A stretch of DNA of 64,000 nt. Source: Candidatus Binatia bacterium (GTDB lineage Bacteria > Desulfobacterota > Binatia > HRBIN30). The position numbers and the translations under genes are program-made. The DNA lies in contig JBBRSP010000012.1 in the NCBI GenBank assembly GCA_038245295.1, positions 136,798 through 200,797 of the forward strand. The letters run 5' to 3'. The first letter of the stretch is position 1; each line of letters begins with the position of its first letter. Of this stretch, positions 9,705-20,935 are shown one piece after another. Below the pieces are notes generated by a model that was not told the DNA's origin, did no database searches, and saw only the letters and a list, made by a program, of their open reading frames with translations.

Positions 9705-10808
9705 CTAAAAGGTAAACCGTCGCATGCTGATGTTCATCAGTAGGCCGATGGCCGTCATGCAGACCAACAACGAAGAGCCGCCTTTACTGAAAAAGGGTAA
9801 CGTCACGCCGACTACCGGCAACGCGCCGGCAGCCATGGCGATGTTGACGAGCACCTGCCCGAAAATCATCGCCGTCAAACCAAACGCCAGGAGCACACCG
9901 AACGAATCACGCGCCCGGGAAACTGCCACGAAACAGCGCAGAAGCAAGGCAACGTAGAGCGCCAGGAGCATACAGGCGCCGATAAACCCCCACTCCTCCG
10001 CGAAGACGGAAAAGATGAAATCAGTATGCTGCTCGGGCAGAAAGTTCAGGCGGTTCTGCGTGCCGTTCAGATACCCTTTGCCGTGCAACATGCCCGAGCC
10101 GATGGCAATCTTGGATTGAATGATGTGGTAGCCGGCACCAAGGGGATCGGCGCTGGGGTTCACGAACATGAGAACGCGCTTCTGTTGATACGGTTTGAGG
10201 TGCTGCCAGCCGTACGGCAATACGGGAAGCACGATGAGCGCCGCATAGGCAACCCAGCGCAAGCGCAGGCCGGCGACAAGCAAGACGGCGCCGGTGGTCA
10301 TCGCCACCACCAGCGCCGTTCCCAAATCCGGTTGCCGTAAGATCAAGGCCGCCGGCGGCAGCGCCAACAGTGCCGCCAGTAAAACCGCCCGTAACGACAA
10401 GGAACCTTCGCCGGCGTAACGCTGCAAGAGACTCGACAACGAAACAACCAGGGCCAGTTTGGCAAATTCAGAGGGCTGAATCGAAATCGGCCCGAACCGC
10501 AGCCACCGACGCGCCCCGCCGCCCCATGCTCCGAATACGAATACGGCGATCAGCAGGACGAGGGTGGCAGCGTAGATCCAATACGCATAACGATCCAGCC
10601 AATGGTAATCGAAGCTGCACGCCGCCAGCAAGGCGATCAGACCGAGCCCAGCCCAGACCGTTTGCTGAATCAGCGCTCGACCCACAAGCGCCTCGGTAGA
10701 ATGGCTGGCGCTAAGAATCGTCGCGAGGCCGCACATGATCACGGCGATCGCCAGCAGCAACAGCGGCCAATCGAAGTGCGCCAGCAATCGCCGATCAATT
10801 CTGAGCAT
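9705..10808 (-). CDS. rodA: rod shape-determining protein RodA (SEDS glycosyltransferase)
   Basis: GARRW, QPSEFAK, QPDLGT, LPEQHTDFIF, GVTLPFFSKGGSS. Confidence 0.97.
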   Translation of the reverse strand: MLRIDRRLLAHFDWPLLLLAIAVIMCGLATILSASHSTEALVGRALIQQTVWAGLGLIALLAACSFDYHWLDRYAYWIYAATLVLLIAVFVFGAWGGGARRWLRFGPISIQPSEFAKLALVVSLSSLLQRYAGEGSLSLRAVLLAALLALPPAALILRQPDLGTALVVAMTTGAVLLVAGLRLRWVAYAALIVLPVLPYGWQHLKPYQQKRVLMFVNPSADPLGAGYHIIQSKIAIGSGMLHGKGYLNGTQNRLNFLPEQHTDFIFSVFAEEWGFIGACMLLALYVALLLRCFVAVSRARDSFGVLLAFGLTAMIFGQVLVNIAMAAGALPVVGVTLPFFSKGGSSLLVCMTAIGLLMNISMRRFTF

Positions 10809-12636
10809 AACTCTTGTTCTCCCGTTCGTGCTTGAGCGCGAAGTACCTATCGAGGATCTCCTTCGTCAACGGCGCGGCCACGGCTCCACCGCCGCCGTCG
10901 GCATGTTCGACAATCACGGCGACAGCAATCTCCGGAGCCTCGAAGGGTGCATACCCGACAAACCAGGCATGATCACGATGTTGCCAAGGGAGCTTGTTGG
11001 CCTTGAGACGTTCTTTGCCGATCTTCACGACCTGCGAGGTACCGGTTTTCCCCGCTACTTCGACGCCCCGCACGCGGGCCTTCTTGCCGGTCCCGCGCTC
11101 GGTGGCAACGACGTCGTGCATGCCGTCGCGAACCTGCATCAGCGTCGTCGGCCGCAAGTGTTCGAGCGATTCCATCTCCTCCGGCTTCTCTTCGTGGATG
11201 ATATCGCCGTCTGGACTTTCCACGCGCAGCACGAAATGCGGCCGAAAGCGTTTCCCCACCGACATCATCGCCACCGCATTGGCCATCTGCAGCGGCGTCG
11301 CCGTGACATATCCTTGCCCGATGGACGCCGAGAGCGTCTCGCCCGTAACCCAGGATTGTTTGAAGCGCTTCCGCTTCCAGGCGGTATCGGGAATCAACCC
11401 ACCCTTCTCATGCTCGAGATCGATACCGGTCGGATCCCCCAGCCCAAACTTGCGCGCATACTTGGCGATGGTGTCGATGCCGATGCGCGTCGCCAACTGA
11501 TAGAAGAACGTGTCGCACGACTGCACGAGCGCTTCATGCACGTTCATCGAACCGTGGCCGCCTTTCTTCCAACACCGAAAGTAGTGGTTCCCGAAGTTGA
11601 GACCACCCGAACAGTTGATGTGCGTAAACGGATTGATGATCCCCTCTTCCAAGGCGGCCGTGGCAACGATGAATTTGAACGTCGACCCGGGCGGATATTG
11701 GCCTTGGATGGCGCGGTTGTTCAACGGCTTGTGGTGATCCGCCAGGAGAGCTTTCCATTCGTTGGTGCGAACGCCGCGCGCAAAGATGTTTGGATCGTAG
11801 GACGGTGAATTGACGAACGCGAGGATTTCGCCGGTGTTGGGATCCAGGGCGACGACGCTACCGTCACGGTCTCCGAGCGCCTCCGCCGCGGCGTCTTGTA
11901 AGTCGAGGTCGATGGTCAGCTTGACCGTGTTCCCCGGCACTTCCTCGACTTCGCGCAGGATGCTCAGCTTACGACCGACTGAATCCACCTCGACCTGCTG
12001 GCCACCGTCAATGCCGCGCAAGTAATGCTCGAAGCGGCGCTCCAACCCCGTTTTGCCCACCAGATCGCCGCGATGATAGGTCTCATCCCCGTCCAAATCG
12101 GCTTGGCTCGCCTCCCCAACGTACCCCAGTAAATGCGCCAACTGCGAACCACGCGGATAACTACGGCGTGGTGTTATCTGCAGGTTGACGCCCGGTAAGT
12201 CGATCTGATGCGTCTCAATGGCCACGACGTCGTCGTAACTGAGGTCACGCTTGATACTCACGCCTTGATACGGCGTCCGGCTCGCCGCCTTGAGCTGCGC
12301 CTGCAATTCCGCGGCACTGCCGTTCAAGTAGTGCGCCAGGTTCTCAACCAAGCCATCGAGACTAGGGCTATCTTCAGGCACAACCACGGCATCGAACGAC
12401 GGCCGGCTATCGATGAGCACCCTTCCGTATCGATCCACGACCGTGCCGCGCGTCGCCTGTACCCGATGCAGCCGGATACGGTTTTTCTCCGACGACAGGC
12501 GCATCTCTTCGCCTTGAATCACCTGCAGATTCCACAGGCGCGCGATCAAGCCGATGAAGCCGAGTAACCCCAGACCGAGGGCGACACCAACACGGCGCCG
12601 GAGAACGAGCGGAACTTCACGCTGATTGAGGGCCAT
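10795..12636 (-). CDS. mrdA: penicillin-binding protein 2
   Basis: GSTFK (SxxK), SCD, KTG motifs; between mreD and rodA. Confidence 0.97.
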   Translation of the reverse strand: MALNQREVPLVLRRRVGVALGLGLLGFIGLIARLWNLQVIQGEEMRLSSEKNRIRLHRVQATRGTVVDRYGRVLIDSRPSFDAVVVPEDSPSLDGLVENLAHYLNGSAAELQAQLKAASRTPYQGVSIKRDLSYDDVVAIETHQIDLPGVNLQITPRRSYPRGSQLAHLLGYVGEASQADLDGDETYHRGDLVGKTGLERRFEHYLRGIDGGQQVEVDSVGRKLSILREVEEVPGNTVKLTIDLDLQDAAAEALGDRDGSVVALDPNTGEILAFVNSPSYDPNIFARGVRTNEWKALLADHHKPLNNRAIQGQYPPGSTFKFIVATAALEEGIINPFTHINCSGGLNFGNHYFRCWKKGGHGSMNVHEALVQSCDTFFYQLATRIGIDTIAKYARKFGLGDPTGIDLEHEKGGLIPDTAWKRKRFKQSWVTGETLSASIGQGYVTATPLQMANAVAMMSVGKRFRPHFVLRVESPDGDIIHEEKPEEMESLEHLRPTTLMQVRDGMHDVVATERGTGKKARVRGVEVAGKTGTSQVVKIGKERLKANKLPWQHRDHAWFVGYAPFEAPEIAVAVIVEHADGGGGAVAAPLTKEILDRYFALKHERENKSYAQN

Positions 12637-12645
12637 GGTGGGAGC

Positions 12646-13146
12646 TCACTCGCCCTCGTCACTTGCGAGAAGATGCGTTCGCGACAGAATGGCGAACATC
12701 GGCGGGCTCATCAGCGCCGCAAACACTGCATCGACCGCAAGATAACGCACCAAGGTCGCCCACACTCCCTCACTCGAGATGAACACAGCAACCAAGGCCA
12801 GCACCGCTGTAGTCTTCAAGACCGCAGCAAAAAAGACCAGGACAATCTTCGACAAGGCGTTATCGACCCACAAACGACGCGAGGTCAAGTAGACTACCGT
12901 GAACACCAGGCACATCGCGAACGCATTCAGCCCGGCGATGCGATACGAGAAGGCGTCCTGCAGATATCCTAACGCAAAGGCGCCGATTGCACCGCCGACC
13001 GAGTGCTGCCGGAGGCCGAGATAGACACACATGATCAACAACAAATCGGGCGTCGCGTGCCCGGGGGTCAGCTGCGGAATCACCGCCGTTTGAAGCAGCA
13101 GGACAACCAACGCCAGGGCGCCGAACAACAGCGGGCCACGCAGCAC
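12646..13146 (-). CDS. mreD: rod shape-determining protein MreD
   Basis: Hydrophobic, PDLLL, GYLQD; synteny. Confidence 0.9.
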   Translation of the reverse strand: MLRGPLLFGALALVVLLLQTAVIPQLTPGHATPDLLLIMCVYLGLRQHSVGGAIGAFALGYLQDAFSYRIAGLNAFAMCLVFTVVYLTSRRLWVDNALSKIVLVFFAAVLKTTAVLALVAVFISSEGVWATLVRYLAVDAVFAALMSPPMFAILSRTHLLASDEGE

Positions 13147-13149
13147 CGC

Positions 13150-14004
13150 TTACCTCGCCTCGGCTTTTGGAAGATCGGCCGTTGGCGGCGCATTACTGCT
13201 GACGACGACAACATCTTCGATGCTTTCGAGTGGCGCCGCGGGACGAATCTCGGCGGCTTGCAAAAGTCCACGCTGGCCGCGCGTTACGTGGACCACCTCA
13301 CCGACCAACACTCCTTTTGGAAAGATACCGTCCAACCCGGACGTCACGACGCGATCGCCGACGTCGATGTCTTCCTCACGCTTGACGTATTTCATGACAC
13401 AGTGCCCATCGAGGGAGCCTTCGACAATGCCGCGCGCCCGCGTGCGCTGCACCAGAGCATCAACGCCGCTGCTGTGATCCGTCAGCAACAACACCCGAGC
13501 CGCATGAGCACTGGTCGCAATTACCCTCCCAACCACACCGAAAGGCGACAGAACAGCCATCCCCTTATTGACTCCGTCGGCCTCACCTTTGCCGATCGTC
13601 ACCGTTCCAAACCACGGCAAGGCGTCGCGACCAATGATCTGTGCCGCAAAGGCTGGGGAATCGAATTGGGACCGGAAACCCAAGAGTTCATTCAGACGAC
13701 GGTTGGTTTGCTCCGTTTCCGTCAGACGGACCGCCTGGCGCTCGAGCTCCTCGAGCCGACGTCGCAGTCGGTCGTTCTCCTCACGCACGCCCACGAGGGC
13801 AACGTAGCGACGCCAGGCATCATTCACGGTCTCGATGCCGGCGGCAGCGGCACCCTGGAAGGGACGCATGACTTCGAACGCCACCCGGCCCAGCACGTCG
13901 CTGCGATCACCGGAGCGTGCGCCGCGCGACACCATCAGAAGGGCGACGAAGAGAAGAAACCCAGAAGTGAGGATGACCCGGTTTCGCCGGACAAACTCCA
14001 GCAT
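13150..14004 (-). CDS. mreC: rod shape-determining protein MreC
   Basis: TM + coiled coil, GVVGRV, VVTSGLDGIFPKG. Confidence 0.96.
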   Translation of the reverse strand: MLEFVRRNRVILTSGFLLFVALLMVSRGARSGDRSDVLGRVAFEVMRPFQGAAAAGIETVNDAWRRYVALVGVREENDRLRRRLEELERQAVRLTETEQTNRRLNELLGFRSQFDSPAFAAQIIGRDALPWFGTVTIGKGEADGVNKGMAVLSPFGVVGRVIATSAHAARVLLLTDHSSGVDALVQRTRARGIVEGSLDGHCVMKYVKREEDIDVGDRVVTSGLDGIFPKGVLVGEVVHVTRGQRGLLQAAEIRPAAPLESIEDVVVVSSNAPPTADLPKAEAR

Positions 14005-14058
14005 GCTGCGCGCTCGATCCTGTCAACCGCCCGGCTGACGGCAGCAGGGCGGTGCGGT

Positions 14059-15105
<1,047 letters not shown>

Positions 15106-15196
15106 CTAACCAAATTACCAAATGAGGGCAAGGTAATTTCCCGGCGCAGCATATCCAGGCGAATCTAATTGTGCATATGATGCAAACGTTTAGCCA

Positions 15197-16060
15197 ATGT
15201 CACGAGCTCTGATCAGCGTGCTTTGCGGAATCGTCGGCATCCTTGCCGGGGATGTCGTGTTCCGAACGAGCCTGCTGTACCAGGTGCGACCGGTGGTCTT
15301 GCTCCCCGCCGAACAGACGGTGGTCAGCCCCCCCGTCACCGTGGATTGGGACGGCCCCACGACCATGAACGTACAATTGCGTGTCACCGGCGGCCCGAGC
15401 ACCGACTTTGGCCAACAACGTGCCCCCTTCACACTCACTCAGGCAGATTTCCCGCGCGACGGGGGCTACGAGCTGATCCTCGAACACCCCCGCTTCGGCG
15501 CTCTGGTTTCTGCTCGGCGCCAGTTCCGCATTCTGACCGCCATTGAAGAAGCCCAGGCGGCGCCGGACCCAACAACGGCCGCGCCAAAGGCTACTACCGC
15601 CAAACCGAAGAACCTGCCCAGCGATCGGGCCACGCCCCGCGCCGCGCGAGCTCGACTCTACAAGCGACTGCGGGTCCTCGCCGACGAGAACCAGCGGCTG
15701 CACGACGAAAACAAGCGCCTCGCTGAGGAGATGGAGTCGATCACTAGCGAGGAAAGCGAATCGACCGAACGCTCGTCCGAGTCCGAGGACCAACTGGCAA
15801 CCCTGGCCGCCGAACAGCAGCGACTGCTGCAAGACAATGCCCTACTCCAGTTGCGCCTCAGCGGTGTCGTTCCCTGCTCCGTTTGGGGCTACTTCAGCTA
15901 CCCCCAGGCGCAGTTCACGTCGATTCCACGGCGTGTCCTTCTAGTCACCGATCCTGGCGGCAATGTCTTCAGCACGCCGGCGCAATGCGAGTGGATACGA
16001 CGCAGCGACACAACCGCCGCCACCAGTTGCTTCTGCGTTGGGAATTCGTTCGGCGGCTGA
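15197..16060 (+). CDS. hypothetical membrane-anchored protein (beta domain, Pro/Ala linker, coiled coil, small Cys-containing C-terminal domain)
   Basis: 287-aa ORF divergent from mreB; N-terminal hydrophobic segment and heptad pattern. Confidence 0.75.
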   Translation: MSRALISVLCGIVGILAGDVVFRTSLLYQVRPVVLLPAEQTVVSPPVTVDWDGPTTMNVQLRVTGGPSTDFGQQRAPFTLTQADFPRDGGYELILEHPRFGALVSARRQFRILTAIEEAQAAPDPTTAAPKATTAKPKNLPSDRATPRAARARLYKRLRVLADENQRLHDENKRLAEEMESITSEESESTERSSESEDQLATLAAEQQRLLQDNALLQLRLSGVVPCSVWGYFSYPQAQFTSIPRRVLLVTDPGGNVFSTPAQCEWIRRSDTTAATSCFCVGNSFGG

Positions 16061-16078
16061 GGCAACCGCGAACACGGC

Positions 16079-17137
16079 TCAGTTGGCGCCGGTCTCTTCG
16101 TCTTCGAGCCCACCAGCGGCGGGGCGCTTGCCACGTGGCGCCTGGTGGAAGACTTCTTCTTGGACCTGCCCCACTTCACGCGTCACCTCGATGGCGACAC
16201 CGGACTGCTCTAGGACGGCTCGCTTGACCCGCTCGGCATCGACGCGGTCGTGCAAGCCGAACTTGTCAATCAATCGCCAGGCTTCGCGATGCAGAGCCGG
16301 GATCATGTCGTAGATGTCCTGATGGACTTCAATGTAGATGCGGTTGTCGCGCACGCCGATCTTCACAGGCTGGTACACGAACTCTCCGACCGCGCCCTTT
16401 TCGACGGTCGGGTATAGCCGCTCGATGTCCTCCGGGTACAAACGCACACACCCATGGCTCACCTGCATGCCAACTCCCCACGGAATATCGGTGCCATGGA
16501 TGCCGTAATCACCGAGACTGGTGCGCAAGCGATACTTGCCGAGCGGATTCTCCGGATCACCACCTTCGATGAAGTCGGGCGCCGGCTTGCCTTCGGCGAT
16601 ATGCTCTTTTTTGATCGACTCGGGTAACACCCAGCGCGGGTTTACCGTGCGATCTGTGATCTTGAACTTGCCGATCGGTGTCCGCCACTCGTCGCGACCC
16701 AGGCCAACCGGATAGGTCGTTACCGTGACCGCCCCGCCCTTGCCGGGATGGAAATAATAGAGTCGCATCTCTGGGACGTTGACGACCAGGCCCTCGAAGT
16801 CGGCATCGGGAAGAATCCACTCGGTCGGCAACAGGATCACTTGCCCAGCCGGCGGGAGCCATGAATCGACTCCCGGATTGGCCTCCGAAAGCTCGTTGAA
16901 CCCAAGACTGTAGTAGCGCGCGATGTCGAGCAGCGTGTCGCCCTTCTGCACCTGGTAGAAGCGCGCTGAGCCAATCACCGTCACCGAACGCGCCGGGTCA
17001 GTGCCGCGTGAACCGAAGTACACGGTCCCCGCTGTTTGTTTCTTTTCGAACATCTCCTCGGTCCACTGACGCGCATGAACGGGCAACGCGAGAACCAAGA
17101 AAAAGAGGATGAGGGGCCGAATCGATGAAGGTTTCAT
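16079..17137 (-). CDS. L,D-transpeptidase (ErfK/YcfS/YnhG family) with LysM domain
   Basis: YQVQKGDTL LysM, VVNVPEMRLYY, NPLG, YGIHGT, SHGCVRL. Confidence 0.95.
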   Translation of the reverse strand: MKPSSIRPLILFFLVLALPVHARQWTEEMFEKKQTAGTVYFGSRGTDPARSVTVIGSARFYQVQKGDTLLDIARYYSLGFNELSEANPGVDSWLPPAGQVILLPTEWILPDADFEGLVVNVPEMRLYYFHPGKGGAVTVTTYPVGLGRDEWRTPIGKFKITDRTVNPRWVLPESIKKEHIAEGKPAPDFIEGGDPENPLGKYRLRTSLGDYGIHGTDIPWGVGMQVSHGCVRLYPEDIERLYPTVEKGAVGEFVYQPVKIGVRDNRIYIEVHQDIYDMIPALHREAWRLIDKFGLHDRVDAERVKRAVLEQSGVAIEVTREVGQVQEEVFHQAPRGKRPAAGGLEDEETGAN

Positions 17138-17262
17138 GTCGTGGTGTGGCGCCGATGAAAGCATACGCTTTGCCTCAAACCAAGGGCGATCCGAACGCCG
17201 CGCCGTGCAAAATGCGGTCGCGTGGTTGGAACTATCCCTGATACTGCGGCACAATCGCGCTC

Positions 17263-18129
17263 ATGAAATCACTCCGGACCGAAACCGACGCGGGCGTCCG
17301 CTCGATCATCCTGTGCCGCCCCAAGCAATACAACACCATCACCCCTGAGCTGCGTCAGGAGCTTGCCGAGGCAATCGACGAGGCCGACGACGACCGCAAC
17401 GTGCGAGTCATTCTGCTGCGCGCCGAAGGCCCGGCGTTCTGCGCCGGCTATGGCCTCGACTGGTCGACGGCCGCCCAGGCCGAAGAGCATACCGTACCCG
17501 ATCAGCCCAAAGGCGAACGCCATCGCGTCTGGGACTCGGTAGCCGACATGCGAATGATCGGCCGCTTCGTCGACGTTTACATGAAGCTCTGGTACGCGAA
17601 GAAGCCAACCATCGCCGCGGTGCAGGGATGGTGCATCGGCGGCGGCACCGACATGGTGCTGTGCGCCGACATGATCATCGCCGCCGACAATGCCAAGTTC
17701 GGCTACCCGCCGTCTCGTGTCTGGGGCACCCCAACGACAGCCATGTGGGTCTTCCGCATGGGCCTCGAGCGGGCCAAACGTTACCTGCTCACCGGCGACG
17801 AAATCTCCGCCAAGACCGCCGCCGAGATCGGTCTCATCCTCGAGGTCGTGCCGACCGACAAACTCGAAGACCACGCCATCGCCTTCGCCAAACGCATGGC
17901 CCAGGTCCCCGTCAATCAACTCATCATGCTCAAACTGCTATGCAATCAAACTGTCGAGAACATGGGCCTCACGTCGAGTCGCACCCTCGGCACGCTGTTC
18001 GACGGCATCGCCCGCCATACCCAGGAAGGAATCGACTTCGTCCAACGAGCCCAGAAGGCAGGTTTTCGCGAAGCCGTGCGGGACCGCGATGACCCATTCG
18101 GCGACTACGGTAGCCGCAAGAAAAGTTGA
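17263..18129 (+). CDS. enoyl-CoA hydratase/crotonase family protein
   Basis: AFCAGYGL, KPTIAAVQGWCIGGG, LLTGD. Confidence 0.93.
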   Translation: MKSLRTETDAGVRSIILCRPKQYNTITPELRQELAEAIDEADDDRNVRVILLRAEGPAFCAGYGLDWSTAAQAEEHTVPDQPKGERHRVWDSVADMRMIGRFVDVYMKLWYAKKPTIAAVQGWCIGGGTDMVLCADMIIAADNAKFGYPPSRVWGTPTTAMWVFRMGLERAKRYLLTGDEISAKTAAEIGLILEVVPTDKLEDHAIAFAKRMAQVPVNQLIMLKLLCNQTVENMGLTSSRTLGTLFDGIARHTQEGIDFVQRAQKAGFREAVRDRDDPFGDYGSRKKS

Positions 18130-18310
18130 CCCGGCAACAGCCGCCGAGATTATCAGGCATCGCGGCCGGTCCGCCGCTGCGACCGCCGTCCGACGACGCG
18201 CTAGGAAGCCCCAGGACGGGCGATCGCGGCCGGAGCGAGGGGGTACCTAGCCACAGGAACTCAACGTTTTTGGGCATTTTTGATGTCGCCCGCTTGAAAT
18301 CATTGGGTTT

Positions 18311-20881
18311 TTACGACGCTCGGACCTCCAGTGGGCTGGGGGCCGGGTCGCTCCCGCGCATGTTTTCGAGGTGCCGCAGCATAAGCCTGGCGAGGGCATC
18401 TACATTAGGGGGTTCCAGAACCGTCTGATGATGCCCCGGAACGAAATGAACCTCCACGTCCGGGTTGACGGATTGCCAGCCAAGGCCGCGTTCCGCGACA
18501 TAACCTTCCGGGTCCTCCATCGCCTGGAACAACACAATGGGCCCATCGTACGGTGCGGGGGAATGGCTATGGCGGAGCACACGTCGCAGGTAGGCTTCGC
18601 GCTGAAGGTGTCGCGAGAGTGTGTCGTCTCGCTCCATAGGGCGCTGCCGTCCGACGCGCTGACGTCGCATCCGCCAAGCCTGGCGCAGATACCGGCGACC
18701 GCCTCCCACGATCCGTCTTCCATGTATCCAAAGCCACCCCAGCCATTGATGACGCAGACTGCCGGCCAGCACGACATCGATCACCGCCAAGATTGGCACC
18801 AGTTCCCCTGCCGCCCGCAGTTGGCGTGCGGCTTCCAGGGCGACTCGACCTCCAAACGAGAAACCCATCAAACAGTATGGCCCGAGCGGTTGGATGGCGC
18901 GGATCGCGGCGACATGCTCGCGCGCCAGGTCCTCGACGCATCGCGGCAGCGCGTCGCTACGCTCAGCGACGTAATCAACGACGCCCGGCGTCGTCACGGC
19001 GTACAAGACGGCGGCGGTGTCGAGGCTCTGCGCCAGCGGCCGACAACGCTGCCCCGAATACAAACAGAACACATTTGGCGACGCGCCCGCCCCGGGTCCG
19101 CTGCTCAGCCGCACCACATTCGGCGGCAGCTTGGATCGGAGCGCGACGTCACTGCCGCCACCCATGAGATAGCGATGGAAGTCGGTCAGGGTGGGATGGT
19201 CGTACACGCTGCTGAGCGGTGCCTCGATACCTGTCGCCACGCGCAGCTCGGACAGCATTTCGATGGCCCGCAAGGAATGGCCGCCGGCGTCGAAGAAGTG
19301 TGTTTCAGGGCCGACCGCCGACCGAAGAGCGACACGCCAGATGTCGCTCAGAGTGGCCAGTTCCACATTCGCCACCTGAACGCCGACGCTCGATTGCTCC
19401 CCCCACTGCGAGCGCAGCTCCTGGCGCAGCACCTTTCCGAGCGTGTTGCGCGGCAACTGCGCCACCACGAGGATCTGCCGCGGAGCACGCAACCCACCCA
19501 ACTGCTCGACGCAATGGCGATGCAGCTCGGCCATATCGACCGGCGACACAAGCTCGACGAAGGCAACGGCGTCTTCTCCGAGGATCAAATCCACGATACC
19601 AACCGCAGCCGCCGCAGCGACAGCCGGATGCGAAGTCAGTACCGCCTCAATCTCCTGCGGCGCGATCTTCGTGCCGCCCTTGTTGATGACGTCCACCTCG
19701 CGCGCCACCAGGCGCACGAAGCCGTTGGCATCGATGATCGCGCGGTCACCCGTCTTCAGCCAGCCATTACTTGCCAGCGTTTGCTGCGTCAGCGCGGCAT
19801 CCTTCCAAAATCCCCGCATCACACTCGATCCACGAATGCTCAGAACCCCCGCCTCACCTACGTCCAGCACCGTTCCATCGGAGGCGCTGACTCGGACTTC
19901 GAAGGCCTTCGCCCGTCCGACGGAGCCAAGGCGTCGCTCGTGCCGAGACAGCGGATTCAAGAACACAAACCCCGCTTCCGTAACCCCCATCCCCTGCACC
20001 AACAGCAGGACAAAGCGGCGTTCGAAGGTTTCGTGGTCGATGTCCGACAGGTACGCCGACGAGGATTTCACGAAGCGCACGTGCCGACGTACGTCCTTGG
20101 GTGGCTGCACCTCCGATCGCAGGAGCTGGGTGACCATTGCCGGCACCAAAGGCAGCCAGGTGCATCGATAACGAACCACCCACTCCCACCACTCGCGTGG
20201 CTCGAAGCGGCGGGGCAGGACGATCGAGCTACGACTCTGGATGACTCCAAACAAGGAGCCAAGGGCATTCGAGTGATAGAGCGGCATCACGCACAAGAGG
20301 CGATCCTCGGCCGTCAGTTCATGGTAAGCGGCCGCATTCTTGGCGAACGCCAACAGCTGCCGGTGAGTGAACGTCGCCCCCTTGCGCGCGCCTGTGGTCC
20401 CGGAAGTGTAGACCACGAGCCCATCCATCTCCGGATCGAAGAGAGCCTGCACCGGGGCCTCCCAAGCGGGAGGTGACGGCGCGTCGACATCCCACCCAGC
20501 GATGTCGGATAGCGGCCCGAGGCGAGCCAAGGTGTTGGACTCCGCCAGAACCCACTTGACCTCTGAATGCCGCACCAGCTTGGCCAAAGAGTCCACCGCA
20601 TCGTGGGGCGACAGTGGCACCAAGCGCCATCCTCCCAACGCCGCCGCCAAGATGATTAATACCGTCACCGGTCGGTTCGGAAGAATGAGGGCAACCCCGT
20701 CGCCGACCCCAACGCCGCGCGACGCCGCCAACGCAACCCAGCCCCTGGCTCTCGCCAAGGCTTCCGCATAGGTTAACGATATGCCGGTCTCAGCTTCGAT
20801 CAGCAGCGGTGCGTTCGCGTTCTCCTGTACCGCAGCGAGGAACACGTCGGCCAGGCAGGATGGCGGAGTCGATGCACACAT
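18311..20881 (-). CDS. stand-alone NRPS-like enzyme: adenylation (CoA-ligase type) - carrier - thioesterase
   Basis: YTSGTTGARKG, GVTE, TGD, PRNTLGK; FFDAGGHSL carrier Ser; GFSFGG and GHH thioesterase motifs. Confidence 0.9.
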   Translation of the reverse strand: MCASTPPSCLADVFLAAVQENANAPLLIEAETGISLTYAEALARARGWVALAASRGVGVGDGVALILPNRPVTVLIILAAALGGWRLVPLSPHDAVDSLAKLVRHSEVKWVLAESNTLARLGPLSDIAGWDVDAPSPPAWEAPVQALFDPEMDGLVVYTSGTTGARKGATFTHRQLLAFAKNAAAYHELTAEDRLLCVMPLYHSNALGSLFGVIQSRSSIVLPRRFEPREWWEWVVRYRCTWLPLVPAMVTQLLRSEVQPPKDVRRHVRFVKSSSAYLSDIDHETFERRFVLLLVQGMGVTEAGFVFLNPLSRHERRLGSVGRAKAFEVRVSASDGTVLDVGEAGVLSIRGSSVMRGFWKDAALTQQTLASNGWLKTGDRAIIDANGFVRLVAREVDVINKGGTKIAPQEIEAVLTSHPAVAAAAAVGIVDLILGEDAVAFVELVSPVDMAELHRHCVEQLGGLRAPRQILVVAQLPRNTLGKVLRQELRSQWGEQSSVGVQVANVELATLSDIWRVALRSAVGPETHFFDAGGHSLRAIEMLSELRVATGIEAPLSSVYDHPTLTDFHRYLMGGGSDVALRSKLPPNVVRLSSGPGAGASPNVFCLYSGQRCRPLAQSLDTAAVLYAVTTPGVVDYVAERSDALPRCVEDLAREHVAAIRAIQPLGPYCLMGFSFGGRVALEAARQLRAAGELVPILAVIDVVLAGSLRHQWLGWLWIHGRRIVGGGRRYLRQAWRMRRQRVGRQRPMERDDTLSRHLQREAYLRRVLRHSHSPAPYDGPIVLFQAMEDPEGYVAERGLGWQSVNPDVEVHFVPGHHQTVLEPPNVDALARLMLRHLENMRGSDPAPSPLEVRAS

Positions 20882-20935
20882 CAGCCTCGCAGATCTATCG
20901 AGTCTGCAACGCCGTTGAAAGCGCCGGGTTTACCT

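Noticed and set aside
15112..15139. Inverted repeat AAATTACC-N12-GGTAATTT upstream of mreB
   Set aside because: Single 8-bp pair with no second instance or recognisable regulator motif
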